DNA of 62,150 nt, the filler included, from Globobulimina sp. (Eukaryota): assembly GCA_003354225.1 (NCBI GenBank). It is 15 parts of 15 records of this genome, joined end to end, with 100 filler letters (N's around TTAATTAATTAA, not from the genome) between each part and the next. Parts side by side here need not be neighbours in the genome. Positions count along the whole stretch, not along the records: positions 45,667 to 49,713 come from PIVH01001688.1; positions 49,814 to 53,859 come from PIVH01001689.1; positions 53,960 to 58,005 come from PIVH01001690.1; positions 58,106 to 62,150 come from PIVH01001691.1; 11 more parts are not named here. The stretch is one strand, 5' to 3'. Below, in pieces: positions 46,706 to 59,182 of the stretch (position 1 is its first letter; each line of letters opens with the position of its first letter). Made by a program: the position numbers and the translations under genes. Below the pieces are notes generated by a model. The model was not told where the DNA came from and ran no database searches. It saw nothing but the letters and a program-made list of their open reading frames with translations.

Positions 46706-48197
46706 ATGTCAAACCTGATCCGCACGTATATGCTCATTATATTCTTCTTAGTGGTATTCATGTTCATCATGCTATACCACGACAGCCAACAACAACACCT
46801 CTACATCGGAGAAGACAATCGGAAACTCATACAACTTGAATTTGACCACAATGATCAATATCGCGATGCACACGGTCACGATGAACGCCACGAGCACAAA
46901 GACGTTGCACACGACATACAAGACGATGACGACAGTCATGAATTTGTAAATCCACCGCCATTAATCAAAGATAAACAGTGGGGCGAAAAATATGCCACAC
47001 CACGTCTGATATGTCTTGTGCCAACATTATGGCCAAAAAAGAAGTTTGTCATGGAAGTTGAGTCAATAATATACAAATTAAATTACCTTTGGCTGTTTGA
47101 TAAGTTATCTTTGTTTCTATTTTTGTATAATGAGATGAGGCGATTGCTCGAACGTGGGGTGCTCGCTGCGATAAACTATTCTTTGTGATTGATGATGAAG
47201 TAGCAGCTCCAGATACATTATTCAACGCAACCATATTACGGCTCACTTTCGATCATAAACAATCTACAAAAGGTTTAATTTGCAAAAACATCTTACAAAT
47301 ACTGTTGTAACTTTTGTTTAATATCAGATCGAAACATCTGGGAGAAAGTGTGGAAAATGTGGCTTCATATTGGTAGGCACCATTTGAACGATGGGGACTT
47401 TTTCTTCAAAATCGATGATGATTCTTTTTTTTCCGCAGTCAATTTCCGAGGCTTTGGTCAATATTATAATCCGGACCGTGAGTGGTATTTTGGTCATACT
47501 TTGATGCATTCGTGGCATTATAAAAATATTGCCTTTAATTCTGGAACTTGCTATGGGATTTCACGCGGTTCGCTGCGTAAAGTACACGCTGTGTTTGAGA
47601 CTGAGGAGTTTCTGAATGACCCACAAAGATCAAGAAGTTTAGCAATCAATTATATATTTTGTGTGCAAGGATATTACAGTGATGTGTTGAAAATGCAAAG
47701 GTTTCAATTATTGTGTGCATCGAAGTGGTGATCAGGAAGACCCAACGTTTGCAATATGTTTGCATTCATTTGGAATTAGCGCCACAAATACATTGGATAA
47801 TGAGTTCAGAGAACGATTTTTGACTTTCAGGCCTTCGGATCATGCTAAAATACCAAGGGAACGCACTTGGTTCTGGAAACATAAACACCCAAAGGTTGGA
47901 GCTCAGGATATGTGCTGCAGTCCAAATCCAATCTCGTTTCATAATTTTAAGAAGGATGCATATCTGCAGTTTGATGCAATGGATAAGAAATATAATATTG
48001 CGGAAGGTGTCGATGGAAAGGAATTCGAAGTGCCTATGAACAACAATAATGGAACTTTTTTGTTTGATAAAGATACAGTGCCAGCTCATGATGAGTGGTT
48101 TAATTTACTTAATAGCCCGGTGTCAGGACAGAGAATATATCAAGGAGTTGGAAACGAGAGATTCTGTTATAAATGCGACAGATATGACATCAAATGA
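46706..48197 (+). CDS. GT31 glycosyltransferase (C1GALT1/fringe-like), multi-exon
   Basis: Type II TM anchor; RLICLV, TWGARCD, FFKIDDDSF (DxD), YFGH, QEDPT..CL, CCSPNPISFH. Confidence 0.85.
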
Positions 48198-48268
48198 CCT
48201 TTTTGTATAAATTTATATCTGATGCTTTGAACAAGTTGGTTATACGATACAAGTAGTGTTTCTTATGG

Positions 48269-49366
48269 CTATTGAACACGTTTCATTAGTTTCACAAAAC
48301 AAATATTGTTTTCTATTGAATTTTGTTCATATTGATCAGTATATTCTACCTCGAAATCACCATAACCTCTGACAGTCAGATCAGCAATGCACTCAAAACC
48401 ATGTTCAGACCATTTATCTGACAAAATATCCTCAAACATACAGGAAAGTTTATACGTAGACACTGTTTGTAACGTATTAACGATCAAGAAATATCCATTT
48501 GGTTTTACCAATTCCATCAAACACTGCACTGCTTTAGATCCTGGTGAATAATCATTGCCATATGTCATTTGTAAGCAATCTGACGATACAATAATGTCAT
48601 ATAATTCATCTCGTTGTATACGATTAATATCAGATTCATTGCATAAATCAATATCCATTTTATACCGATATGAATCATCCATTTTAATCCTACCTAAACT
48701 AGTCCGTGATCTATCAATTCCATCAACGTTGATTTTAGTGCAATCCATCATTATGTCAGTTAATTTCCCTCCAAACTCACCAACACCACATCCAACATCT
48801 AATATGTTAATTGTGTTAACGTTTCCGTTCTTGATATGTTCAATTATTTCTTTTGCAATCAATGCGGTAAAAATAGGAGTCCAAGGATGCGTTATATATG
48901 GCCCAATGTTTAAAGTATCCACAAATGTAAACCAAGAGTTACCATCACAAACACCATAATTGATTGAATTATTTCTCTCGTTTTGTGCGTTGAACCATAT
49001 GTCTGTATTCCATGTTGGCGTTGATGCTGCTTTTTGAAATTTGTGTTGTAACCATTGTATTGTGCATTCAGTTTGGATTTCTACTAAATTATTCCACCGA
49101 TGTAGTGTTTTATCCATTTCTGGCAAATCATAATAGGCAGCTTTTATATGTTCTGCTTTTGTGAACTGACCAGGTATGCAGTGTTGTATTGCGTCGATTT
49201 GTTGGATAGATTTGTTGGATAAATCTAGAATTATCTCATTAGAGTTACATGCTGATTCAAATGATATTGGTGCTTTGATTTGTTGTCTATGTTCCATGTT
49301 ACATGAATTAAAATCTATGTGTTGGGTTGCTGACAGTTTGGAGAGGATGTGATGCCACAACGTCAT
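48269..49366 (-). CDS. Class I SAM-dependent methyltransferase
   Basis: ILDVGCGVG, GIDRS, YDIIVS, LVKPNG. Confidence 0.85.
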   Translation of the reverse strand: MTLWHHILSKLSATQHIDFNSCNMEHRQQIKAPISFESACNSNEIILDLSNKSIQQIDAIQHCIPGQFTKAEHIKAAYYDLPEMDKTLHRWNNLVEIQTECTIQWLQHKFQKAASTPTWNTDIWFNAQNERNNSINYGVCDGNSWFTFVDTLNIGPYITHPWTPIFTALIAKEIIEHIKNGNVNTINILDVGCGVGEFGGKLTDIMMDCTKINVDGIDRSRTSLGRIKMDDSYRYKMDIDLCNESDINRIQRDELYDIIVSSDCLQMTYGNDYSPGSKAVQCLMELVKPNGYFLIVNTLQTVSTYKLSCMFEDILSDKWSEHGFECIADLTVRGYGDFEVEYTDQYEQNSIENNICFVKLMKRVQ

Positions 49367-49813
49367 TGTCGCAATAATGAAACGTATAGTCGTATATACT
49401 GTGATGCTATTTGCACTTTGACTACAAAAAAAATTTAATCAAAAACTACAAGGTTGCAATGGGCAATGAAGAATCCCACCCATCATCAGTTATGGATGAC
49501 GCTGCACGCGCGCGTCTACAGCAATTACAAGAACTCCAAGATATATCCTCCAATTACCTCGACAACCTTGAATTTCTTATCGATTCACGCAATACAATGG
49601 ACGATCCACGTGATGTGATAATGATTTTAAAATCTAATCTAAAAACCGCTCGACAAGCCATTGGAAAAACATCAGCCAACTCAATGTTCATAAACAACAA
49701 TAACAGCAACCCANNNNNNNNNNNNNNNNNNNNNNNNNNNNNNNNNNNNNNNNNNNNTTAATTAATTAANNNNNNNNNNNNNNNNNNNNNNNNNNNNNNN
49801 NNNNNNNNNNNNN

Positions 49814-50306
49814 TATCTTGGACCACATTCTTTATATCTTTCTTAGTGCTGCAACCTGCAAATTACGAGTATTTATATTAATTATTAGTGCATAGTGCAT
49901 ATATTTTGTTACCTGATTTAGCAAAACCATCACAAAATTCTTTTTTCTCATAAATACCCATTTCATCGCAATGTAGATGATAAGCGATGATTAACGTGTC
50001 GTGGGACTCGGGATTGACAGAACAGTCTTTGAAAAACTTTAGCATCCCCTCTTCGGACATGATGTCGGGATCTTCTTTGTCGCCATAGGATTTCTTGAAA
50101 ATTGTGCCTAATTTCGATGTTGAACCCTTTTTGGATTGTTTTGATGCTTTGTTAGTATAACAAGAACGACATAAGTCATAATTACATGTACGACAGCCCC
50201 ACATTTCTTGATATAAACTCATTTTTTTGCGACATAAATCACAAGTGTATCCACGATGCGTTGTACTAAATCTTTTTAGACCATGCCATCCTGGACATTG
50301 CGCCAT
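49814..50306 (-). CDS. DCN1-like neddylation co-factor with N-terminal Zn finger, partial
   Basis: EGMLKFFKDCSVNPE...LIIAYHLHCDEMG...EFCDG (PONY domain). CDLC...GCRTCNYDLCRSC. Intron near 49856-49912. Confidence 0.8.
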
Positions 50307-50760
50307 TTAATTTAGTCTAGTATTTGTATTTCGACCTATAATTCAATATGCCCTTTTTCACAAAGAATAGGGTGAACTGATTGAGGCTCTGATGGTTCGG
50401 TTTTTTTTCGGTTTTGGTTCGGTTTTTTTTTGGTGCATACAACTTTACATTATTTGAAATCATGGCAACTGTTTCTGTATTGGAGAAAGTCAGAATTTAA
50501 GTACATTGTACATAATAATTGGTATAAAAGTTGATTTTTACTCAATTTCTTAAGTAGTTCCAATTCAGATTTAATGCAGATATGACGATATTTAATACCA
50601 CATCCGATATAATATCAGTGTATTGCGAAATAACTACATCCGCTAGCCATTTTTTCAAAAAAAATAACATTACATATTTGTAATATGCACCTAATCCACT
50701 GATTTGTGTCAACAAACAGTATTCAAGTAAACAAATATTCAAGTAAACAAACAGTATTTG

Positions 50761-51020
50761 GCCTTTGTCATTATAATGTTGGTACCAAACGTTATTGGCT
50801 GACGACGCAAGTCCATTTCTTTATAACTCCTTGTCATGATTCATGATTAATGCTTTGCGTCGATACACGGCTTTAGATTGGGATTCTTGTACAATTAATA
50901 AAAATCCAAAGTAGAAACTATTCCAAGCAAAATGTTAGAATGTTCTGCAAAGATATAGTATTAATATTTATGTGATTGACTACATATTTTATGGGACATA
51001 AACCCAATACTGCTTTTTTG
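50761..51020 (+). repeat. Dispersed repeat, copy 1
   Basis: Shares GGTACCAAACGTTATTGG, TTAGAATGTTCTGCAAAGATATAGTATTAATATT and ATGTGATTGACTACATATTTTATGGGACA with 53330-53632. Confidence 0.85.
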
Positions 51021-51136
51021 CCACATGTAAAACGTTGCCACATGTATACAAATTATCGACCAGTGGTGCCTAGCGTTTTCTTTTGAACTGTACAACCCCC
51101 AAAAAAACCCTACCAAACTCGAAAACCACACAAACA

Positions 51137-53022
51137 ATGGAACTCACAGACATTTTAAATCAAGGTTGGGGTCCAACCGAAGAGACAATCCCATCATTCT
51201 CAGGATTACCATTCACTCCATTCAGCAAACACGATCAGATTAATTTCATCGCAAATTGGGAACCCACCTACAACCGAAGACAGCGCCGCATCCGTACTAA
51301 ATTTGGCGACGATGAAAACGCCGCAGGACTGGGCGTATTTGAAGACAGTGACTTTGAAGATGCCTTCGAAGGCGGCATCACTGTCAAAAAAAGAACATAT
51401 GAAACCATCGCCAAATATAAAAGTTTTGTTTTTTATTATTCATCAAACCCCAACCAACGCATCCTTGCACTCATCGAAACCTCTCAGGAGACCGCACCAA
51501 AGAACAAAACAAGTTGAATTTCAGCCAGCATCGCAACAAAATCAAAGAGCAGCAACGCATTCAAAACGCGCCCATCTCCCGTCGTGGCACTCGGCGCCAA
51601 GTCCAAAACAAACGGCGCCGTAAGAAATATATCGAAAACCAACGGCCCATCGTGCCCTCCATCAAAAAAATCGATGATTGGATCGATTTATCCGACATTT
51701 GGTTCCGGGAGACCTTCGAAGAAGGCTACGGCAACAACAGTGGCCAGAAATATATCTTCAAAATCAACGGCGAAGACTCCATCGGTTTCATCCCAACGCC
51801 ACAGCGCAAACAATTGATATTAGCCGGCACTTTGCATGGCGTCCTGACCAAATACGACATGCTGAACGGCAATACCTACAAACCCGAGCTCTTAGATTAC
51901 GAACGTTTCAGTGACTTCAAATTGTTACATTTCAACTATAAGTCCGCCAGCCAGGACCCCTATATCTTGGAAATAGCGCGCAAAAAGAAAACCGCCGCCA
52001 AGAAAACTGCCGTTTACACCACGGACAACGTGCTCAGTACCATAATGTGCTGCAATCGCAGCAAATATTCGTTCGACATCGTGATCAATAAAATCGGTGG
52101 CAAGATATTCTTAGATGAACGGAACAAGGTTCTATCCAATTATTCGGTGGATGAAACCTCTCAGAATCGACCCACCAGAAAGGGATCGAGCAAAATCAAC
52201 CAATATACCTCGTTGGCGCAGGAGGCCACGTATATTAACCACGTGTTTATGGAGCAGATGGTGTATCATTCCAAGTTGGAGCATACGCAGAGATTACGCA
52301 AAATGCATCCCTTTATTAAGGAGATTGGCGGCCAGAGCAAAGGCGGCAAGAACAAAAAGAAGAATCGCGGCAATAAGTACGGTAAAAACAAGCAGGAACC
52401 GGCGTCGGCTGCGTTTAGTTATAATTCGTACGCAGTGAGTGACAATATTTCGGTGGTCTGTAGGTGCTCCATTGATGGATATGTGGCGCAAAAGAGTGGG
52501 GAGAAAGGGGAGAAGGACTGGGTGAAGATCTATGCATTGAATCAGTATGATTCTAATCGGTCCAAGACGCAGAATTGGATGAAGTATCTGGATACGCGCG
52601 ATTCCACCATATTGTCGCAGGAGATCACGAATAATAATTTTAAATGTGCGCGGTGGGGAATGTGTGCGCATTTATGTGGCGCCAAGCACATTAAGTTGGG
52701 ATTTGTGGCGCGGAACAATGTGCATTCGACGGAGAAACACGTTATTTGTGGCGTGAAGACGTATGATACGACGGATTTTATTCGGAATAAGTTGAGGATA
52801 CGGTCGACCAATGAGCCTTGGACTATATTTGGGAAATTTATCCGTTGTATACAGAATTTGGAGCATGATGGGAGGTATATTGCGGTGCGTGACCCGTTAA
52901 AACAAGTGATTAGAATGTTTAAGGTGTCTCCCGACTCGTTTTCGGAATTGCCGTCTTATGGGTCGCTTATGAAAACATTGGGGATCACTAAGACTAATAC
53001 GGCTAATAAAGAAAAGGAATAA
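51137..53022 (+). CDS. EIF3D: Eukaryotic translation initiation factor 3 subunit D
   Basis: GWGP...PFSK; intron 51423-51487; RSKYSFDIVI, SLAQEATYIN, NNFKCARW, KLGFVAR, RDPLK. Confidence 0.93.
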
Positions 53023-53329
53023 TAATATGACTATTGTATGGTTACTTGTATTAAGACCACGATTTTTTAATTTAATTTGTTTAGTGATTGCTCCCTTTTT
53101 TATTTTAATTCATTATTCACTTTGTTTCAATAGCTCATTCTATAGCTAATTCTTTGGTTAGAAATTAATTAACAATTTCCCTTTGTTTGGAAATGGCGAT
53201 AACGAGCAAAAATTAAAGTTGTCAGGGATGACGAAAGGGGTTATTTCCCAAGAGAGCGCGCTTCCAACTCTTCAGGAAAACTTTTTAGGACGACGATGTA
53301 ACGCACTTATCCTAATTAATTAACAATTG

Positions 53330-53632
53330 CGCTTTGTCGGTACCAAACGTTATTGGGGGACGGCGCAAGTCGGCTATAAGTAATGACAACTCCATTTCTT
53401 TATACACTGCAGACACAACTATTGCTGGATGTTTAACCTATTTTCCTTCCCAAAATTAGCTCAATAGTTGTGATTGGGACAATTTTTCTTTTTTAAAAAT
53501 CCAAAAGAGAAATTATTCCAGGCAAAAAGTTAGAATGTTCTGCAAAGATATAGTATTAATATTCATGTGATTGACTACATATTTTATGGGACAAGAACAG
53601 TTGGCAGCGTCCATAAACCCAATACTGCTTCT
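53330..53632 (+). repeat. Dispersed repeat, copy 2 (same orientation)
   Basis: Matches copy 1 with additional internal segments. Confidence 0.85.
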
Positions 53633-53959
53633 TTATATCTAAATTAATCTTCCAGGTGGTGGCGGGTGGCGTTATCTTTTGAAATACATCGTACAAATAT
53701 GGCAATTTTTTCCATTATGTTTTCCTGTCCAAAAATGTTGTTGACGAAATTTTGTTTATCAAAAACACAAAAAAAAACCTACACTAATTATTAATTGCAA
53801 TGCCTGAAAATAAACACTGATTAACTGTATATGTCCTTCAAGTTAGACACGAAATATCANNNNNNNNNNNNNNNNNNNNNNNNNNNNNNNNNNNNNNNNN
53901 NNNTTAATTAATTAANNNNNNNNNNNNNNNNNNNNNNNNNNNNNNNNNNNNNNNNNNNN

Positions 53960-54289
53960 AATCGTGTGCAATGGTTTGAAATGTATGGTGAAAAGAATAT
54001 GATTGATATGCTGTGTCCGGACTTATGTTTAAATGCATGGTTGGATAAAAATGCTAAGTTTAAAGAAAATTGTGATTCAATGGCATTTCTAAGAGGTCGA
54101 AGAGACTGTGTTGGGAAAACTTTTGCAAGAAAGCAGGTCTATGCTGCATTTGGATTATTAATCATGAAATATCAATTTATGGCACCAGGTAATGATCCCA
54201 ATAATGTTGACTTAACGCAAAAATTTGAACCCGTCTCAAATTATCTTGCAAATCCTTCCGGTGTTCAATTAATTGCAAGATCGGTATGA
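53960..54289 (+). CDS. Cytochrome P450, C-terminal fragment
   Basis: Heme-binding motif FLRGRRDCVG. Confidence 0.8.
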   Translation, partial: NRVQWFEMYGEKNMIDMLCPDLCLNAWLDKNAKFKENCDSMAFLRGRRDCVGKTFARKQVYAAFGLLIMKYQFMAPGNDPNNVDLTQKFEPVSNYLANPSGVQLIARSV

Positions 54290-54472
54290 TTTTATTATAT
54301 GCATTGGACATTTGTATACGTAACTCGATCATTTTTGAATGACTCAATAACATTTATTTTGAATGACTTTGTGATTTTTTTTTTGATTGGTTATTTATTA
54401 TACATGTCATATGACAACAGTTCTAGGGCCGTTATGTACTCTGCGATCACTCGACTATGTTCTGCTCAGTGC

Positions 54473-54718
54473 TCAGTTGGAGTTGAAATTGGAGCTGGAT
54501 TGGGTGTAATGGTGGCAGTTAACGTTACTACACTCGTTTCCTGTGGATTCATAATTTGGATAACACGTTAATTCCCATTTAACACCATCTGCTGTTTCAT
54601 ACGTTGGACTAATGAACCATTCTGATGCTGCGTTTTTAAATTTTTCCAATAAATCACCATCAATACGCCAAACGAATTGTTCATCAGTGACAACAGACTT
54701 TTCTTCTGCCTCTGCCAT
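54473..54718 (-). CDS. MATH-domain-like fragment
   Basis: FVWRIDG...FISPTY...WELTCYPN; truncated. Confidence 0.55.
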   Translation of the reverse strand: MAEAEEKSVVTDEQFVWRIDGDLLEKFKNAASEWFISPTYETADGVKWELTCYPNYESTGNECSNVNCHHYTQSSSNFNSN

Positions 54719-54965
54719 GCTTTTTGAATGACAACACGTGTTTTTGCTGATCGGATTTCGACTTTTGCAGTTTGGGTTATCTCTAGTTAAGCAAATTTAA
54801 AAAAGCAAACGTTTTTGTGTTTTCAAGCGTGTGTTTTTCTTAAGCAAATTTCATTCAAAATAGCATTATTCATCATATCTCTGACAACTGGACTTCTCTT
54901 GACACCGTCTCTTTGTTCGCCACTTCCATAATGCAGTCCATTTCCATAGTACATATGTCGGTCCT

Positions 54966-55900
54966 TTACTCATTGACGATGTATCTACAAATATCAAATG
55001 TTGCATCATTTATTGCTTCAATCATCCCATTCAAATACACATCATAATAAGCATTAAACCATTCGAAATATCCTTTGTGGCCAAGCAAAAACACCAAACC
55101 TTTCTTATCTCCTTCGTTTCCGGGATGTGTAGAGGGCCAAATGTATAATCCATAATCATCATCATCCAAATCAATATTCTCCTTTGCTTTTATTGCAATC
55201 CGCTCCAACAAACCGATGTATATTTTCACCAATCTTTGCTTGTATTGTTCAACGTGCTCACTCAACGAAACATTCCTATGATTGGTTTGCTGTTCGTACA
55301 CCGTTCGATGCGTTATATCATGAAACAATGAATGGAATATAATATGTGTGATATTGCCAAAGTGTAAGAATCTTTTATCAATATTGCCAAAGATTGAGAG
55401 AATTCATATTCGCGTAGAATATGCTCTTCATCTTCGAATATGGACACATTTAATAAGTGATTTAGAAGTGAATAATATACCATATACTCCATTGTTGAAT
55501 CACCCAGAAACAATATTGCTTTGTTTGATAGAAATTGCAGCAGTTTTTCATCCAGGATATCGTAGATATGATACACACACTGTTTGTTATACCGATAAAT
55601 GACATAGTTGTCAGTATACGAATCGTATAATGTCGATAAGCTACTGTTTATGCATGATTTATGTGTTAGATTTGTCCAATATCCATTGCTACCAATGTTC
55701 ATGGATAACAGTGACTTGTTTAGACTGTTGTTTGTATCGTACAGGCATAGTTTTATGTGCGTTGATGGCTCTGTGGTTATATCCAAATTAGGTATTGTAT
55801 TTATGGTGGATTCATAATTGAATTGAAATTCAAATTCATGGTATATTTGTATGAAGATAATGCATATACTTTCCCTGTAGATTGGTTCGAAAGGATTACG
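54966..55900 (-). pseudogene. SGNH/PC-esterase-like fragment with a frameshift
   Basis: FLSNKAILFLGDST (GDS motif). Frame changes near 55330-55400. Confidence 0.45.
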
Positions 55901-56045
55901 TTTTAGTTTTAGCGACGCAGAATTTAGTTGGAGTTTGAATATCATTTCTTTCTGCTTTTGGAATTTGAGTGGGAAGCATTGTAAGAAAGTTTTTTGTTCA
56001 CTGTCTAAATCTTTTTTCTTATCACCACTACATTTTTGTTTCATA

Positions 56046-57188
56046 ATGTCTTCTTTAATCGTCTCTACATCAACCTCTGTAAATAAGCAACAACTAGTTG
56101 ATACATGCGAATTATGTGCGCTTTTCTTGGACAAAAACATAATGATAAGGTCGTTTTGCACAAACAAATGCACATATTGCTTCAAAAACGTTTGTGCACA
56201 ATGTTGTGCATCAATTGCTGAATTACCATTTAAATCACAACATTCATTACAAGATAACGAACAACCAACAAAGCCATATATCTGTTTGCAATGTATCGTT
56301 AAAGATCGACACAAAATAATCCTCAAATCTATATACAAAGCAATTGGTAACAACATAGATGTAAATATAATAAATATCATCGCATTATTTGCTATCCAAG
56401 AATGCGTTGATTGTAATAAAACGTATCCAAAATCATGGACAATCATTCAACCAGATATGATGTCAAAAATAGTGAATAATTTCGGCCCAAAATGTATTCA
56501 TATACAATCATTGTGGCATGAGAATAATAATCGTAATAAATATCAACTAAGATACTGCAAAGAATGCAATGTCGAGCAAGAAAGAGATGTTATATTCGAT
56601 GCAATTTACAATAGTTATGTATGTTGGCGCATATCTGATGATTTTGAGATATTAAAAATTATTGATATTATTACATTATATTCGATTGGACGCATTTTTA
56701 GTTGCTCCAATTTTAATAACTGTAATAACGATATAATTATTGATAATAATTTTGATGGCTTAATACGAAGAAAAGATATCAACAACAAAAGTATTACAAG
56801 ATCAGACACATTGGATAGAATCTTTTGTTCGCAATGTACATTTGAAGAGAATCGATGTGATCGAATCAATGAAAAATGTTCGTTTTGCTGTAGATATATA
56901 ACTTTTGGGCACAATATTACCTGCAATGGATGTTTGAAGAGATTTTGTGATCAATGTGTAGAAAATGACGATAATTATTGTTATTTGGAGAAAAAATATT
57001 ATTTCAGTGCTGATGGTAAAATGAAATATTATCAGTATTGTGATGAATGTGCATATTGGATTTATGATGATATTGATATCATAGATGATGATATATCATC
57101 AATTTCAAATGATCCATACCAACAATTAATAGATGATAATGATTATACAGAATATCAATCAATTGATCAATTGTATTTTTCTATGTGA
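56046..57188 (+). CDS. Cys-rich zinc-finger hypothetical protein
   Basis: Many CxxC pairs and an acidic tail. Confidence 0.6.
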   Translation: MSSLIVSTSTSVNKQQLVDTCELCALFLDKNIMIRSFCTNKCTYCFKNVCAQCCASIAELPFKSQHSLQDNEQPTKPYICLQCIVKDRHKIILKSIYKAIGNNIDVNIINIIALFAIQECVDCNKTYPKSWTIIQPDMMSKIVNNFGPKCIHIQSLWHENNNRNKYQLRYCKECNVEQERDVIFDAIYNSYVCWRISDDFEILKIIDIITLYSIGRIFSCSNFNNCNNDIIIDNNFDGLIRRKDINNKSITRSDTLDRIFCSQCTFEENRCDRINEKCSFCCRYITFGHNITCNGCLKRFCDQCVENDDNYCYLEKKYYFSADGKMKYYQYCDECAYWIYDDIDIIDDDISSISNDPYQQLIDDNDYTEYQSIDQLYFSM

Positions 57189-57923
57189 AAATAGTGAAAT
57201 ATAATATTCCTTTTTTTTTTGATTGTTTGAGAATCCTTTGAGTTTTTTTTGTGTGTTGTTTAAAAATAAATAAAAAATTGAAAAGTGTTTCTTCAATTAA
57301 TGTTTAAGCATTCACCAAATCTATTCTTGCGGGCTCAACAATACTTGGGATTCTTATTTGACCATAGAAGCAAGGCGTTCATATGAAAAAAATTCTAAAC
57401 ATTTGTGTTGACTCATTGTCTGATTATCGTATTTGAGTTTGAGAAAATAATAAGATGCTCACATTCTTTGCATGATAAACCAGCTAAAAACTGTCTGCTT
57501 TGGTCAATTTAATTCAACCATGGAGCAGCGTACAGCATGGTACATCAACAAATCATATGATCTATGATCGTTTCCATGATTTGTACAGTAGTATTTAGAA
57601 TTCATTTTTATTGTTGGTGTTCTTTCGTAAAGTGTTTCTAATGGATTGGTGTACGTATTTTAGACAAAATGTATGGTACGAAAGTATACGAAGCGTTAGA
57701 TCAAAATGTAAATACTACAAATCATGCATTTGGTTTATACGACGACGACACATACTTTTATTATTGCTGCAAACTGTCGTATCATCCATAAAACTGACCA
57801 AGCAAATAAACAACAAACATTATGGTATACACATGCAACACCAAAACATAGAAACAAATACATTTGACTTTTTAGGCTTAAACTTCTAAACACTTCTTTT
57901 GTGATTGGCAAGGTTTTTGTGTT

Positions 57924-58005
57924 AGCTAGAGTGGTTTTCAACTTTGAATACTAGGATTCGAAACCTAGGTCAACTTCGAATACTAGGTTGAAAACCACTC
58001 TAGCT
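57924..58005. mobile_element. 82-bp miniature inverted-repeat element
   Basis: Perfect 19-bp IR AGCTAGAGTGGTTTTCAAC (57924-57942 / 57987-58005) with internal direct repeat CAACTT(T/C)GAATACTAGG. Confidence 0.65.
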
Positions 58006-58105
58006 NNNNNNNNNNNNNNNNNNNNNNNNNNNNNNNNNNNNNNNNNNNNTTAATTAATTAANNNNNNNNNNNNNNNNNNNNNNNNNNNNNNNNNNNNNNN
58101 NNNNN

Positions 58106-59027
58106 CAATGGGCACCGGCTGAGATTCACTCGATTTCATTGATGGCGGCTGCTTTCGTTGAAAATATACAGTTTGTTTTTCAACTTCGTACGACGTGAAA
58201 GTGCCATTGGACTGTGACTCGTCGATAAGTTGTTTGGAATACATAATATCGGAACGAACACAATATTTAAACATATTTGCAAAAGCATTGTCTGTCACAA
58301 CTGAGCCTTGATGGAACACTTCTTTTTGTTCGAACAGCAAAACCATTCCAGTTTGCGGCTGGATCCAATATGTTTTATTTTCATTGGTTGGATGCAAAAA
58401 TGTGATTTCACCGCCTTGGTAATTGTCATTTAAATATATTAATATTGTAATTAAGGATCGTTGCCCATTGTTTCTATAACAATGTATGTGCTGAGAGTGA
58501 ATATTTGTAATTTATATACGTACCGTACCTCATATACATGCCATCATAATGCGGACCGAAATACTCTCCACGAGAATAGCGCAGAAATCTTAATCTTTCA
58601 TTAATGCCAACAATGCTTCGATTGTCGAATTCGTTGGGTATGACTGGCTGTATCCGATTAAATACATAATCCGCAATAGCTGCATTATCGACAGTCACTT
58701 TTTTATGGTTTCTGAATTTTTTAATGGTCTCAGTATGACCGAAGCCTAAATTTACCAAAGCGTCTTTGTAGCCAAGCGTTTGGCTGAAACTTATCAATTC
58801 TTTGCATTCTGCTTCACTGTGTGTATGATGAGGTTTTGCATTGTGTCATATGATAAATACAGAGTTTTCAACCTGAATGCATTGGGTATTACCGCGACAA
58901 ATTTATCTTTTAAACATGGTATGGGTATTTTCACTCTGTTTGCTGTCAATTTGAACTTGTAGCTGTGGCAATCCTTTTGTTGCATGAAAGAAGGAATTGG
59001 ACAGTCAGAAGTTGAGAGTTCAGCCAT
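58106..59027 (-). CDS. Prolyl-4-hydroxylase-like 2OG-Fe(II) oxygenase, multi-exon, partial
   Basis: INERLRFLRY..GEYFGPHYDG, IYLNDNYQGGE, HQGSVV, KYCVRSDIMY. Confidence 0.85.
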
Positions 59028-59182
59028 TATTCGTTAAGTTTTTTTTAGTTTTAAGTGCTTTTTTTTAAGCTTCTAGATTAAGGAAAATACATTCTACTTA
59101 TTTTACACTTTCAAAGTTTGAAACCTTAAAACGCAACATTTTTGCACCGTCTATTTAGCATTTGAATTACAAAGCAAGCACC

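Noticed and set aside
55900-56446. Long bidirectional coding overlap of ORFs 55313-56446 and 55935-57188
   Set aside because: The minus-strand extension is the antisense shadow of the Cys-rich gene.
4055-58105. Regularly spaced TTAATTAATTAA palindromes as a repeat array or CRISPR
   Set aside because: They are N-padded artificial joins. ORF-track ends reading XXXX or LIN are also artefacts.
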